A DNA stretch of 64,000 bases from an uncultured beta proteobacterium (GCA_963726365.1 CAVSCI010000021.1:42136-106135); one strand, 5' to 3'. Shown: positions 39,775-49,852, counted from the stretch's first letter. Notes: generated by a model from the sequence alone, not told the origin. Made by a program: numbers and translations.

Positions 39775-40802
39775 GCGGCCTCCTGGAGGGTGCGTTGTTG
39801 CTGTTTGCGGGCATGCGCCATGGCGGCGTCTCGAACCCACTGCCCGTCGTTGTGCGCCTTGACGCGGGTGGCAAGGCGCTCCTTGTTGCAGGGACCGCTG
39901 CCGTTCACGGTGGCCCAGAACTCGTCCCAGTCGATGGCGCCGTGGTCGTAGTGCTGGCGTTCCTCGTTCCACTTCAGGTCAGGATCGGGCAGCGTAACGC
40001 CGAGCACTTTCGCCTGCGGCACCGTGGCATCGATGAATTTCTGGCGCAGGTCGTCGTTGGAGATGCGCTTGATGCCCCAGCGCATCCCCTGGGCACTGTG
40101 CGGGCTGTCGTTATCGGGCGGGCCGAACATGGCCAGGCATTTCCACCAGAACCGGTTCACCGCGTCCTGCACCATGGCTCGCTGCTCGGCCGTGCCCCGC
40201 ATCATCACCAACAACGCCTCATAGCCCTGGCGCTGGTGAAAGGACTCTTCCTTGCAGACCCGGATCATGGCGCGGGCATAGGGGCCATAGCTGCAGCGGC
40301 ACAGCGGGATCTGGTTCATGATGGCCGCGCCATCGACCAGCCAGCCCACCACGCCGACATCCGCCCAGTTCAGCGTCGGGTAATTGAAGATGGAGCTGTA
40401 TTTGGCCTTGCCGCTGTGCAGTGCGTCGAGCATCTGGTCTCGGCTCGTGCCCAGGGTTTCGGCCGCGGAATAGAGGTACAGACCATGACCGCCTTCGTCC
40501 TGCACCTTGGCGATCAGGATGGCCTTGCGCTTCAGGCTCGGCGCTCGGCTGATCCAGTTGCCTTCGGGCAACATGCCGACGATCTCGCTGTGGGCGTGCT
40601 GGCTGATCTGGCGCACCAGCGTCTTCCGGTACGCCTCGGGCATCCAGTCCTTGGGCTCCACTTTTTCGTCTGCGTCGACTTTGGCATCAAACCGGGCTTG
40701 CAGCGCGGTTTCGGCTTCAGTGGGAGGGCGGGCAACCGCCTTGAGGCCGGCCGATTTGGTGTCGTCGGAGGTGTCCGGGACATTGAAGGATTGCGTGTAC
40801 AT
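39771..40802 (-). CDS. paaA: phenylacetyl-CoA 1,2-epoxidase catalytic subunit PaaA
   Basis: 343 aa. Di-iron ligand regions QHAHSEIVG and [13 protein letters not shown]...EESFHQRQG. Confidence 0.95.
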   Translation of the reverse strand: MYTQSFNVPDTSDDTKSAGLKAVARPPTEAETALQARFDAKVDADEKVEPKDWMPEAYRKTLVRQISQHAHSEIVGMLPEGNWISRAPSLKRKAILIAKVQDEGGHGLYLYSAAETLGTSRDQMLDALHSGKAKYSSIFNYPTLNWADVGVVGWLVDGAAIMNQIPLCRCSYGPYARAMIRVCKEESFHQRQGYEALLVMMRGTAEQRAMVQDAVNRFWWKCLAMFGPPDNDSPHSAQGMRWGIKRISNDDLRQKFIDATVPQAKVLGVTLPDPDLKWNEERQHYDHGAIDWDEFWATVNGSGPCNKERLATRVKAHNDGQWVRDAAMAHARKQQQRTLQEAA

Positions 40803-40849
40803 GCCTTGTCTCCTTCGCCTGCAAACTGGGGCGAGGGAGGCAGTATATC

Positions 40850-40877
40850 AATTAGCCGACCGATCGGTCGGTTAATT
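40850..40877. promoter_or_regulatory. 28-bp near-perfect palindrome upstream of paaA, candidate repressor operator (PaaR-type?)
   Basis: AATTAGCCGACCGATCGGTCGGTTAATT has one mismatched pair in 14, centred 62 nt upstream of the paaA start codon. Confidence 0.5.
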
Positions 40878-40914
40878 CGGGTTTGTCCTGATCCTGCACG
40901 CCCGACCGGTTGTC

Positions 40915-41883
40915 TCAACCGCCCGCTTCGAGGGTGGTGCCCTTGCCAGGACCGCGCCCGAGGACCTGAAGCATGGTGGCCAGAGCGGGCTGCAGTGCGG
41001 CTTTCAGGGTGTGCGGCGGGTTGATGACAAACATGCCACTGGCACGCAGGCCCGGGCGCCGGCGTTCGCCGGGCACCGCCAGGGCAGGGGTGGGCGCCTC
41101 TTCGGACCCAATGGCCAGCGTGGCGTGCAGCCAGGGCTTGCCGGACTGCGTGGCCAGCGTTTTCAGGCGCCGCGGCAGATCGTGCGCTTCCGGTCGGGGG
41201 ATGACCGGGTACCAGACCATGTAGGTGCCGGTGGCAAAGCGCTTCAGGCAATCCTGGATGCAGGCGCTGACCTGGGCGTAATCGGTCTTGAGTTCGTAAC
41301 TGGGGTCGATCAGCACGAGGGCGCGCCGGTTGGGCGGCGGCAGGAAGGCCTTGAGACCCTCGAATCCGTCCTGGCGGGCCACGGCAATCTGCCGGCCGGC
41401 CTTCAATTGGGCGATGTTGGCCGCCAGCACCTTGCTGTCGGTGGGGTGCATTTCGAACAGTTTGAGCTTGTCCCGTGCCTCGGTGCGCAACAGGCTGTGC
41501 ATCACGAACGGCGAGCCCGGATAGACCTTGAGTCGCCCATCCGGATTCAAGCTGGCGATCAGGTCCAGGTAGTCTTTCAAGGCGGGTGCTTCCGATGCAG
41601 CGGCCGCTTCCGGCCCTTTGCCACCGGGTTTTGCGGGCTTGGGCTCCGGCGTCTTGCCGGGGGGCCGCAGGCTGGCCATGAGTTTGAAGATGCCTTCGCG
41701 TGCTTCGCCGGCGGTTTCGGTGAAGTCGCTGTCCAGGCGGTACAGGCCGGCACCTGCATGCGTGTCAATCAGCGTCAGGCCCGCTTCCTTTTGCGTCAGG
41801 TGCTTGAGCGTGGCAATCAACGCGGTATGTTTGAGCACGTCGGCGTGGTTGCCGGCGTGGAAGGCGTGACGGTAACTGAACAT
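40915..41883 (-). CDS. rlmJ: 23S rRNA m6A2030 methyltransferase RlmJ
   Basis: MFSYRHAFHAGNHADVLKHT...DTHAGAGLY...YPGSP...IDPSYE is collinear with E. coli RlmJ as I remember it, plus a Pro/Lys/Ala-rich insertion of about 25-30 aa. Confidence 0.85.
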   Translation of the reverse strand: MFSYRHAFHAGNHADVLKHTALIATLKHLTQKEAGLTLIDTHAGAGLYRLDSDFTETAGEAREGIFKLMASLRPPGKTPEPKPAKPGGKGPEAAAASEAPALKDYLDLIASLNPDGRLKVYPGSPFVMHSLLRTEARDKLKLFEMHPTDSKVLAANIAQLKAGRQIAVARQDGFEGLKAFLPPPNRRALVLIDPSYELKTDYAQVSACIQDCLKRFATGTYMVWYPVIPRPEAHDLPRRLKTLATQSGKPWLHATLAIGSEEAPTPALAVPGERRRPGLRASGMFVINPPHTLKAALQPALATMLQVLGRGPGKGTTLEAGG

Positions 41884-41923
41884 GGCGGCATGGTAACCGG
41901 TCGGCCATGCACGCGGGCGATGC

Positions 41924-41953
41924 TTGCCAAGCGTGAAGGAAAATTCGTATAAT
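41924..41953 (+). promoter_or_regulatory. candidate sigma70 promoter of rplM-rpsI
   Basis: TTGCCA (41924-41929), 18-nt spacer, TATAAT (41948-41953). This leaves a leader of about 160 nt before rplM. Confidence 0.5.
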
Positions 41954-42118
41954 GCTCGGCTTCGCAGCGCATTGTGACTCCGCGGCGAAGCCTGTCATTC
42001 ACGCAATGCAAACCTGTTTGCCGTGCGTGATCGGCAAAATTGCCACCTAAGAGGTTCTCAACAGAAGAACGCCGACCGTGGAAAAGAGTCCGCCAAACCA
42101 ACTCAGTAGAGAAAACTC

Positions 42119-42562
42119 ATGAAAACGTTCAGCGCAAAACCCGCTGATGTGACGCACGAGTGGTTTGTGATTGACGCGACCGACAAGGTCCTCGGACGAG
42201 TAGCCAGCGAAGTTGCTCTCCGTTTGCGCGGCAAACACAAGGCCATTTATACGCCTCACGTCGATACCGGTGACTTCATCGTCATCATCAATGCAGCCCA
42301 GCTGCGTGTCACGGGGGCCAAGTCCCTTGACAAGGTGTACTACCGGCATTCGGGTTACCCCGGCGGTATCACAGCCACGAACTTCCGCGACATGCAAGCC
42401 AAGCATCCCGGCCGCGCGCTGGAAAAAGCCGTCAAGGGCATGCTGCCCAAGGGCCCGCTCGGCTACGCGATGATCAAGAAACTGAAGGTCTACGGTGGCG
42501 CTGAGCACCCGCATTCCGCCCAACAGCCCAAAGTGCTGGAAATTGCAGGAGCCGCCAAATGA
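42119..42562 (+). CDS. rplM: 50S ribosomal protein L13
   Basis: [33 protein letters not shown]...[10 protein letters not shown]. Confidence 0.97.
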   Translation: MKTFSAKPADVTHEWFVIDATDKVLGRVASEVALRLRGKHKAIYTPHVDTGDFIVIINAAQLRVTGAKSLDKVYYRHSGYPGGITATNFRDMQAKHPGRALEKAVKGMLPKGPLGYAMIKKLKVYGGAEHPHSAQQPKVLEIAGAAK

Positions 42563-42951
42563 TCGGTGAATGGAACAACGGAACCGGCCGTCGCAAATCC
42601 AGCGTCGCCCGCGTCTTCCTGAAAAAGGGCACCGGCAAGATCACGGTCAACGGCAAGGACATCCAGGACTATTTCGGTCGTGAAACGTCCATCATGATCG
42701 CCAAGCAGCCGCTGGTGCTGACCAACCATGTCGAAACTTTCGACATCCAGGTCAATGTCCACGGCGGTGGCGAATCCGGTCAGGCTGGCGCCACGCGCCA
42801 CGGCATCACCCGTGCACTGATCGATTACGAAGCGACGCTGAAGCCCGCGCTGAGCCAGGCCGGTTTCGTGACGCGTGATGCGCGTGAAGTCGAACGGAAG
42901 AAGACCGGTCTGCACGGCGCGCGCCGCGCCAAGCAGTTCTCCAAGCGCTAA
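42559..42951 (+). CDS. rpsI: 30S ribosomal protein S9
   Basis: [18 protein letters not shown]...[19 protein letters not shown]...[22 protein letters not shown] overlap with rplM. Confidence 0.97.
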   Translation: MIGEWNNGTGRRKSSVARVFLKKGTGKITVNGKDIQDYFGRETSIMIAKQPLVLTNHVETFDIQVNVHGGGESGQAGATRHGITRALIDYEATLKPALSQAGFVTRDAREVERKKTGLHGARRAKQFSKR

Positions 42952-42973
42952 TCCGCTTTGCTGCGCCGACAAA

Positions 42974-43010
42974 GCCGCCCGGGTTCACGCCCGGAGCGGC
43001 TTTTCTTTTT
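42974..43010 (+). terminator. rho-independent terminator after rpsI
   Basis: GCCGCCCGGG-TTCAC-GCCCGGAGCGGC hairpin (one bulge) followed by TTTTCTTTTT. Confidence 0.8.
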
Positions 43011-43042
43011 GCGATACTCGCCTTTCACCGAGTCTTCAACAC

Positions 43043-43750
43043 ATGCGCTTCAAGTTGCTCCGTCGCCGGTTGACCATCAGCGCACCGCGCGTGGCCATAC
43101 GCAGCGCCATGCCCTGGCCTGTTCGCTGGGTACTCGCAGCAATCGTGCTGGGATTTTGCGCCGCCATTGCCTTGTGGGCTTTTGAGTTTGGCAAGGGCAT
43201 CGCCGGACTCGATTCCGGTGCAAAAGAGGAGCTGGCTCGGTTGCGTGAGGAGGCGATCCGCCTCCGCGATGAACGGGACCGGGCCCAGTCGGTGGCCAAC
43301 ACCGCCGGCAGCCTGTTGACGACGGAGAAGTCGGCCCAGGAACGGCTGGTGGCCCAGATCAAGCGGATGGAGACTGAGAATAGGGAACTGCGCGACAATC
43401 TCGGCTTCTTTGAAAAGCTCCTTCCCACCGGAGTGGCCGATGGCATCAGTATTCGGGGCCTGCAGGCGGAGGTACTTTCCAGCGCTCAGATCAAGTGGCA
43501 GGTGCTGGTGATCGTGGCGGCGAAGAACGCACCCGAGTTCAACGGCAAGCTCGAAATCACTTTTGAGGGCTTGCAGAATGGAAAGCCCTGGTCGATGACT
43601 TTGCCCGGTGGCGCGCAGCCGCTGCAGGTGCGCCAGTACAAACGACTCGAAGGCGTCGTTGAACTGCCGGCCCAGTCCGTGGTAAAAACAGTCTCGGCCA
43701 AAGTGATTGAAGGCAGTACCACCCGTGCGGTGCAGATGGTCAAGCTCTAA
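43043..43750 (+). CDS. membrane-anchored coiled-coil protein of unknown function, upstream partner of bactofilin
   Basis: Start MRFKLLRRRLTISAPR. One TM helix (WVLAAIVLGFCAAIALWAF), a coiled coil (EELARLREEAIRLRDERD...RMETENRELRDNL) and a beta-rich C-terminal domain. Possibly the family annotated DUF6776, from memory and unverified. Confidence 0.6.
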   Translation: MRFKLLRRRLTISAPRVAIRSAMPWPVRWVLAAIVLGFCAAIALWAFEFGKGIAGLDSGAKEELARLREEAIRLRDERDRAQSVANTAGSLLTTEKSAQERLVAQIKRMETENRELRDNLGFFEKLLPTGVADGISIRGLQAEVLSSAQIKWQVLVIVAAKNAPEFNGKLEITFEGLQNGKPWSMTLPGGAQPLQVRQYKRLEGVVELPAQSVVKTVSAKVIEGSTTRAVQMVKL

Positions 43751-43857
43751 GGCCTGTACCGCGCCCGGACCATGGCCACCTTTGTGAGAACTTGCGGAAC
43801 AGCCCAAGCGCTCCACGATGTGAACTTTGCTCTGTCCCCAACCATTCAGGAGATGCC

Positions 43858-44253
43858 ATGTTCGGGAAAAAGAAGCAGCCCCCCATCAAGAGCCTGATTG
43901 CCCATGGAAGTCGCATTGAGGGCAATTACATCTTTTCGGAAGGACTGCGCGTGGACGGCGAGGTCGTGGGGGACATCCGCGCCCACCCCGATCACCCCAG
44001 CATCCTGGTTATTTCGGAGTCCGCAACCGTGACCGGGGCCGTCCACGCCGATCATGTCATCGTCAATGGCCGGGTCGTGGGGCCAGTGCATGCGACTGAA
44101 CTGCTGGAGTTGCAGCCGAAGGCCCATATTGAAGGGGATGTCACCTACAAGGGACTTGAAATGCACCAAGGCGCCCTGATCGCCGGTCAATTGCAGCCCC
44201 TGGTCGGTGCCGGCGAAAAACCCACACTGAAACTGGCGGCAATCAACGACTGA
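43858..44253 (+). CDS. bactofilin-family polymer-forming cytoskeletal protein
   Basis: IAHGSRIEGNYIFSEGLRVDGEVVGDI...ATVTGAVHADHVIVNGRVVGPV...IEGDVTYKGLEMHQGALIAG shows the typical bactofilin beta-helix repeat pattern. CAGGAGA RBS. Confidence 0.85.
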   Translation: MFGKKKQPPIKSLIAHGSRIEGNYIFSEGLRVDGEVVGDIRAHPDHPSILVISESATVTGAVHADHVIVNGRVVGPVHATELLELQPKAHIEGDVTYKGLEMHQGALIAGQLQPLVGAGEKPTLKLAAIND

Positions 44254-44310
44254 CTGAATTCCCGAGCAATTTGATGTAGTATTCCGCTAAACCTTCCATT
44301 GGAGCCCGCC

Positions 44311-44676
44311 ATGAGTGCCGTCGCCGAAAACGTCCAGACCGAAATGCCCGCCCCCATCCTGTTTACCGACAGTGCCGCCGCCAAGGTGGCTGACCTGATC
44401 GCCGAGGAGGGAAATCCCGACCTGAAACTGCGCGTTTTCGTGCAGGGTGGTGGTTGCTCGGGGTTTCAGTACGGTTTTACCTTCGACGAAATCACCAATG
44501 AAGACGACACCACCATGACCAAGAACGGGGTGTCGCTGCTGATCGATGCCATGAGTTACCAGTATCTCGTGGGCGCTGAAATCGACTACAAGGAAGATCT
44601 GCAGGGCGCGCAATTTGTGATCAAGAACCCGAATGCGACCACCACCTGCGGTTGCGGGTCGTCGTTTTCGACCTGA
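44311..44676 (+). CDS. erpA: iron-sulfur cluster insertion protein ErpA (A-type carrier)
   Basis: [20 protein letters not shown] and the C-terminal CGCGSSF. ATG 44311 follows GGAG. Confidence 0.9.
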   Translation: MSAVAENVQTEMPAPILFTDSAAAKVADLIAEEGNPDLKLRVFVQGGGCSGFQYGFTFDEITNEDDTTMTKNGVSLLIDAMSYQYLVGAEIDYKEDLQGAQFVIKNPNATTTCGCGSSFST

Positions 44677-44709
44677 TCGACTGAACGGGGCTTCGCTCCG
44701 GCGCGATTT

Positions 44710-45837
44710 TCACCGGGGGTAGATCGCACCGAGCACGCGGGCACCCTGGGTGCCCGTGACGCTTTTGAGGCTCCCGGTTTCACGGTGTACCGTCTTGCGA
44801 GCCAGCCAGGCAAAGGCGGCCGCTTCCACCTGCAACGGTGGCAGGCCATGGTTCGCCGACGACGTCACCGCAACACGCGGCAGGGCTGACTGTAGGCGCT
44901 GCATCAGTGCGGTGTTCAGGGCGCCACCGCCACAGACGATCAGCTTCCGGCTATTGCCTGCATACGTCTTCAGGTCAGTCGCACATGAAGCCGCCGTGAA
45001 TTCAAGCAGTGTGGCCTGCACGTCCTGCGGCCTGGCATCGGCGAAACCCGCCAGCCGCTCTTGCAGCCAGACGGGGTTGAACAGATCGCGCCCGGTGCTT
45101 TTTGGCGGCGCGCGCTGAAGGTAAGGTTCGGAGAGGAAGGCTTCAAGCAGAGCCGGCACCAAGGTCCCGCCGGCGCCCCACTGACCGTCCTTGTCAAATG
45201 GCTGGCCCGTATGCCGCTGGCACCAATAGTCCATCAAGGCGTTGCCGGCGCCGCAGTCGAAGCCGATCACCCCGCCATCGGCGCCCAGCACGCTCAGGTT
45301 CGAAATACCGCCCACATTCAACACGCAGAGGGTCTCGCCAAGGCGTCCGAATACCTCGCGGTGAAACAGCGGGACCAGCGGTGCGCCCTGGCCGCCCGCC
45401 GCAACATCCCGACTGCGGAAATCGGCAGCTACGTCAATGCCCGTAAGTTCAGCCAGCAGGGCGGGGTTGTTGAGTTGCAGCGTGTATCCCGTGCCGTCGA
45501 ACTCCTGGGGCCGATGGCGCACGGTCTGTCCATGCACGCCGATGGCCGTGATGCGGTTCGAAGTGAACCCCGCCTGCCCCAGCAGGGACGCGACAACGCC
45601 AGCGTAGACGCGCACCAGCGCATTTGCGGCCAGGGCGGCACGATGGAGCTCGTTGGCGCCTGGCGTGTTGAGGGCGAGCAGCTCAGACTTGAGCGCTGCA
45701 GGAAAAGGTGCGAAGGCATGCCCCTGAACCTCGGGATGGCCGGCGCCAAAGGCCAGCAATGCAGCGTCCGCGCCGTCCATCGAGGTGCCAGACATCAGCC
45801 CGACGTAGTACTCGACAGGCTCGCTCAACGGTGGCAC
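44710..45837 (-). CDS. anmK: anhydro-N-acetylmuramic acid kinase
   Basis: YYVGLMSGTSMDGADAAL, LNVGGISN, FDCGAGNALMD and VCGGGALN. Confidence 0.9.
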   Translation of the reverse strand: MPPLSEPVEYYVGLMSGTSMDGADAALLAFGAGHPEVQGHAFAPFPAALKSELLALNTPGANELHRAALAANALVRVYAGVVASLLGQAGFTSNRITAIGVHGQTVRHRPQEFDGTGYTLQLNNPALLAELTGIDVAADFRSRDVAAGGQGAPLVPLFHREVFGRLGETLCVLNVGGISNLSVLGADGGVIGFDCGAGNALMDYWCQRHTGQPFDKDGQWGAGGTLVPALLEAFLSEPYLQRAPPKSTGRDLFNPVWLQERLAGFADARPQDVQATLLEFTAASCATDLKTYAGNSRKLIVCGGGALNTALMQRLQSALPRVAVTSSANHGLPPLQVEAAAFAWLARKTVHRETGSLKSVTGTQGARVLGAIYPR

Positions 45838-45848
45838 ACGCTGCAGGG

Positions 45849-47207
45849 CTATTGGGCGCTGGCCTGGCGCATCGATTCCGCAGCGGCCAGATTGACGCGC
45901 ATTCCGCCAGCGGCCTGGGCAAAGGCAGCCTTGGCCGCCGCAGAGACCGGGATGCTCTCGCTCTGTTGAGCGATGGTCACCGGATCCTGGTGCTTGCCGT
46001 TGACGCGGAACTCGAAATGCAGGTGCGGACCCGTCGCCCAGCCGGTTGAGCCCACGGCACCAACCTTGTCACCCTGGCTGACGCTCTGGCCTTTGCGCAC
46101 GCCGATGCGGCTCAGGTGCGCGTAGACGGTTTCGTGATTGTTGCGGTGCTTGATGATGACGACATTGCCAAACCCGTTCTGCACGCCGGCAAACTCGACC
46201 ATGCCGTCGCCGACGCTGCGCACAGGCGTTCCGGTCGGTGCACCGTAGTCAACGCCAAGGTGGGCACGCATGGTTTGCAGGATCGGGTGGATGCGCATGG
46301 CGAAGCCGCTGGTGACCCGTGAGAACTCCATGGGTGACGCCAGGTAGGCGCGGCGCAGGCTCTGTCCGTCCAAGTTGTAGTAGCCACCCTTCTGACCGGG
46401 TTCCTGGAACCACATGGCCTGGAAGGTCTTGCCGGCATTGACAAACTCGGTGCTCAAGACCCGGCCAGCGCGCAGCGGTTCGCCATCGGCTTCCAGCGTT
46501 TCGTAGACGATGGAGAACCGGTCGCCCTTGCGCAGCGCGCGGTGAAAGTCGATGGTGCCGGAAAAAACCTCGGCCACCTGGGTGGCGACAGCGTCAGGGA
46601 TCCGCGCTTCATCGGTGGCGGCAAACAGCGAGGAACGGATGCTTCCGCCGGCCAGACGCGTGGACGCCACGAGCGGCGCGACTTCCTGGCGCGAAACAAA
46701 CCCCTGGGGTGTCTTCTCGATCACCAGGCGCTGGAAACTGGTGTCCGTGTCGGCGGTGATCCAGCGGGTGGTCAGTGTCAACAGCTCCTGGCGATCGCTG
46801 GCCTCGGCCGAAACAATGCGTCCGGTGCGGCCCAGAAGCGCCTGGCGGGCCGCGGAATTGTTTCGGATGAACGCGGCTGCCGCCGGATCCACCAGGCCCA
46901 ACCGGCGCAGCAAGGATTCAGCGGTGTCGTTGGCGCGGGTGGAGTCGCTACGGAACAGCTTGAAGCTGTGAACGTCCAGCGCTTCGGTCTGGGCTTTCAG
47001 TGGCAGGGGTTGAACGGACTCCAGCACCTCGCGCACCGGAATCTGGCTGGCATCCGGCGCCAGGGAGGCTACGGCAAATGCAGCGCCGCCGCCGCTCAGG
47101 AGGATAGCGGCCAGAGCGAAAGTGATGTGCTTTGGGTGGCGGGCCAGGGCGCCGAGAAGCGAGTTTCCGATGAGAATCAGGCGGTTAATCAAAATGGGGT
47201 TTTCCAA
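45849..47207 (-). CDS. M23-family murein endopeptidase (MepM/NlpD-like)
   Basis: N-terminal TM helix. C-terminal LytM core HLGVDYGAPTGTPV...GNVVIIKHRNNHETVYAHLS...GSTGWATGPHLHFE. Confidence 0.85.
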   Translation of the reverse strand: MENPILINRLILIGNSLLGALARHPKHITFALAAILLSGGGAAFAVASLAPDASQIPVREVLESVQPLPLKAQTEALDVHSFKLFRSDSTRANDTAESLLRRLGLVDPAAAAFIRNNSAARQALLGRTGRIVSAEASDRQELLTLTTRWITADTDTSFQRLVIEKTPQGFVSRQEVAPLVASTRLAGGSIRSSLFAATDEARIPDAVATQVAEVFSGTIDFHRALRKGDRFSIVYETLEADGEPLRAGRVLSTEFVNAGKTFQAMWFQEPGQKGGYYNLDGQSLRRAYLASPMEFSRVTSGFAMRIHPILQTMRAHLGVDYGAPTGTPVRSVGDGMVEFAGVQNGFGNVVIIKHRNNHETVYAHLSRIGVRKGQSVSQGDKVGAVGSTGWATGPHLHFEFRVNGKHQDPVTIAQQSESIPVSAAAKAAFAQAAGGMRVNLAAAESMRQASAQ

Positions 47208-47350
47208 GCTTAATTCGGTTTGGTCGTTGGGGAGGCGGAACCGGTCCGCCTTGGGCGCGATGTCGCTCAGTCCTCGCCATCTAAAATCAGTCCCACACGA
47301 AACGGCCGATTATACCGGCGCAGACTTGCCCCATCTACGAAAAAACCCTT

Positions 47351-48583
47351 ATGAATCAAGCTGTTGCTAGTACTTTTCCAGTAACCGATCGTGTCCGCGA
47401 GGCTTTGGCCGTGTCAAGGCGCGGCTGCGAGGAACTGATTCCCGAGGAGGACTGGGTGCGCAAGCTCGCGCGGTCCGAGGCGACCGGCATTCCACTGCGC
47501 ATCAAACTCGGGCTGGACCCGACCGCGCCCGACATCCACGTCGGGCACACGGTCGTGCTCAACAAGATGCGCCAGCTGCAGGATCTGGGCCATACCGTCA
47601 TCTTCCTTATCGGCGACTTCACCACGCTGATCGGCGACCCGTCGGGCCGCAACAGCACGCGCCCGCCCCTGACCCGCGAAGAGATCGAGGTAAACGCGCA
47701 GACCTACTACCGGCAGGCGTCAATGGTGCTGGACCCCTCGAAGACCGAGATCCGCTACAACAGCGAATGGGGCGATGCGCTGGGCTCGCGCGGCATGATC
47801 CAGCTGGCGGCGCGCTACACCGTGGCCCGGATGATGGAGCGCAACGATTTTCATGACCGGTTCAAGTCCGGTGCGCCGATCAGCGTGCACGAGTTCCTGT
47901 ACCCGCTGATGCAGGGCTACGACTCGGTGGCTCTGAAAAGCGACCTGGAACTCGGCGGCACCGACCAGAAGTTCAACCTGCTGGTGGGCCGGCATCTGCA
48001 GGCCGAGTACGGCCAGGAGCCGCAGTGCATCCTGACCATGCCGCTGCTGGAAGGCCTGGACGGCATCGAGAAGATGTCCAAGTCCAAGAACAACTACATC
48101 GGCATCAGCGAGGATGCCAACACCATGTTTGCTAAGTGCCTGAGCATCTCCGACGTGCTGATGTGGCGCTGGTACACCTTGCTGAGCTTCAAGTCCGAAG
48201 CCGCCATCGCGGCCTTGAAGGCCGAGGTGGACGCCGGACGCAACCCCAAGGACGCCAAAGTGGCGCTGGCCAAGGAAATTACCGCGCGTTTTCACAGTGC
48301 TGCCGCGGCCGACCTGGCTGAGCAGGATTTCATCAACCGCAGCAAGGGCGGCGTGCCGGACGAGATCCCCGAGGTGGCCCTGTCTGGCGCCCCGATGGGC
48401 ATTGGCGCGATGCTGAAGGCCGCCGGCCTCGCGCCGTCGACTTCCGAGGCCAGCCGCCTGATCGACGGCGGCGGTGTGCGCGTGGACTCCAGTGTGGTCA
48501 GCGACAAGGGGCTGAAGCTCGACGCGGGAACCTATGTGCTGCAGGTCGGCAAGCGCAAGTTCGCCCGCGTCACGCTGAACTGA
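47351..48583 (+). CDS. tyrS: tyrosine--tRNA ligase (type 2)
   Basis: HIGH-type motif PDIHVGHTV, KMSKS motif EKMSKSKNN and a C-terminal S4-like domain. Confidence 0.95.
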   Translation: MNQAVASTFPVTDRVREALAVSRRGCEELIPEEDWVRKLARSEATGIPLRIKLGLDPTAPDIHVGHTVVLNKMRQLQDLGHTVIFLIGDFTTLIGDPSGRNSTRPPLTREEIEVNAQTYYRQASMVLDPSKTEIRYNSEWGDALGSRGMIQLAARYTVARMMERNDFHDRFKSGAPISVHEFLYPLMQGYDSVALKSDLELGGTDQKFNLLVGRHLQAEYGQEPQCILTMPLLEGLDGIEKMSKSKNNYIGISEDANTMFAKCLSISDVLMWRWYTLLSFKSEAAIAALKAEVDAGRNPKDAKVALAKEITARFHSAAAADLAEQDFINRSKGGVPDEIPEVALSGAPMGIGAMLKAAGLAPSTSEASRLIDGGGVRVDSSVVSDKGLKLDAGTYVLQVGKRKFARVTLN

Positions 48584-48609
48584 ATGCGGGGGGCGTCAGC
48601 CCGGCGAGA

Positions 48610-49329
48610 TCACTTCGCCCCGGCGCCTTCCAGCATCTTCACCATGTCCTTGTAGCCTCTGGCGCGGGCCAGCTGCAGCGGTGTCTGCCCCTGCCGGTCG
48701 CTCAGTTTCAGACTGGCGCCCGCGTCGACCAGCGCCTTGAGCGTGGCCTGATGGCGAGTTCCGCCATCGCCCAGCACGATGGCCTCGATCACGGCGGTCC
48801 AGTGCAGGTTGTTGACATGGTCGAGCGGCGCGCCGGCGGCGATCAGCTGGCGCACGACGCCGTCGTGACCCAGGTGCGCCGCGGCAATCAGCGCGGTGCC
48901 ATCGTAGCGGCTGGTCACCTGCTTCGCGCTGGCCCCCAGCGACAGCAGCACCCGCAGGCTTTCCTCGTCGTCGGCCACCGAGGCAATCGTGACTCCGTCG
49001 TAGCGGTCGTTCTCCAGCAGGTTGACGTCGGCGCCCGCCTTGACCAGCGCGCGGATGGCCCCGCGCTGTCTGGCGAACGTGGCCAGGTGCAGCGGCGTGC
49101 GGCCCTGGGGGTCGCGTGCATTCAGGTTGGCGCTGGCGGCAGCGAGCTTTTCGATCTTTGGCACGTCGCCCCGCCAGGCCGCCGCATGCAGGCCCTGGTA
49201 CTGGGAGGCTTCGGCCGGGCTGGGCGGGACCTGGGCCAGCGCCGGCAGTGCCCCGAACACGCTGATGGCGCAGAAGACCGAAGCGAGCGCAAGGCGCCGC
49301 ACTGGACGCTTGTTGTGAATCCGGTCCAT
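48610..49329 (-). CDS. secreted ankyrin-repeat protein
   Basis: Signal peptide ending ALAQV. It has four to five repeats of the form G.TPLH.A...G....V..L...GA..N. Confidence 0.85.
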   Translation of the reverse strand: MDRIHNKRPVRRLALASVFCAISVFGALPALAQVPPSPAEASQYQGLHAAAWRGDVPKIEKLAAASANLNARDPQGRTPLHLATFARQRGAIRALVKAGADVNLLENDRYDGVTIASVADDEESLRVLLSLGASAKQVTSRYDGTALIAAAHLGHDGVVRQLIAAGAPLDHVNNLHWTAVIEAIVLGDGGTRHQATLKALVDAGASLKLSDRQGQTPLQLARARGYKDMVKMLEGAGAK

Positions 49330-49360
49330 GCGCGGCTCCTTTCTTGCTTTGCAGGCCGGC

Positions 49361-49852
49361 TTACTTCAGCAGGTCCTTGACTTTGTCGAGTGCATCCATC
49401 GCGCATTTTTCGTCGAGATGACCACCTGGTGCGCCGCCCACGCCGACTGCGCCGATGACCTCGTTGCCGACCTTGATCGGCACGCCGCCACCGAGCAGCA
49501 GGAAGCCGGGCATGTACACCAGGTTGGCGCCCGCCGGATTTTTCTGTGCGCCTTCCATCATGGCGCTGGTGGTGTTCTTGGCCGAGGCCGCGGTGTAGGC
49601 CTTGGCTTGGCTCGACGACAGGGTGTGCGGCCCGGCGTTGTCAGCGCGCTGGATGGCGCGCACGCTGCCGGCGCGGTCGACCACGGCAGCGGCGACGTTG
49701 TACCCGGCCGCAGAGCATGAGGCCACCGTGGCCGCGGCGATCTGGTTGGCCAGTTCGAGCGAAATGTTCTTCTCGGTGCGGACGGCCTGCGCGCTGGCGA
49801 CCGTGGCGATCAGTGACAGGGCAAGGGCAGAGGCGTGAAACAGCTTGTTCAT
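49361..49852 (-). CDS. GlcG/HbpS-like (DUF336) heme-binding-family protein, secreted
   Basis: Start MNKLFHASALALSLIATVASAQA (GGAGAA RBS). Motifs AAAVVDRAGSV and GGGVPI...IGAVGVGGAPGGHLDEKCA. Confidence 0.75.
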   Translation of the reverse strand: MNKLFHASALALSLIATVASAQAVRTEKNISLELANQIAAATVASCSAAGYNVAAAVVDRAGSVRAIQRADNAGPHTLSSSQAKAYTAASAKNTTSAMMEGAQKNPAGANLVYMPGFLLLGGGVPIKVGNEVIGAVGVGGAPGGHLDEKCAMDALDKVKDLLK

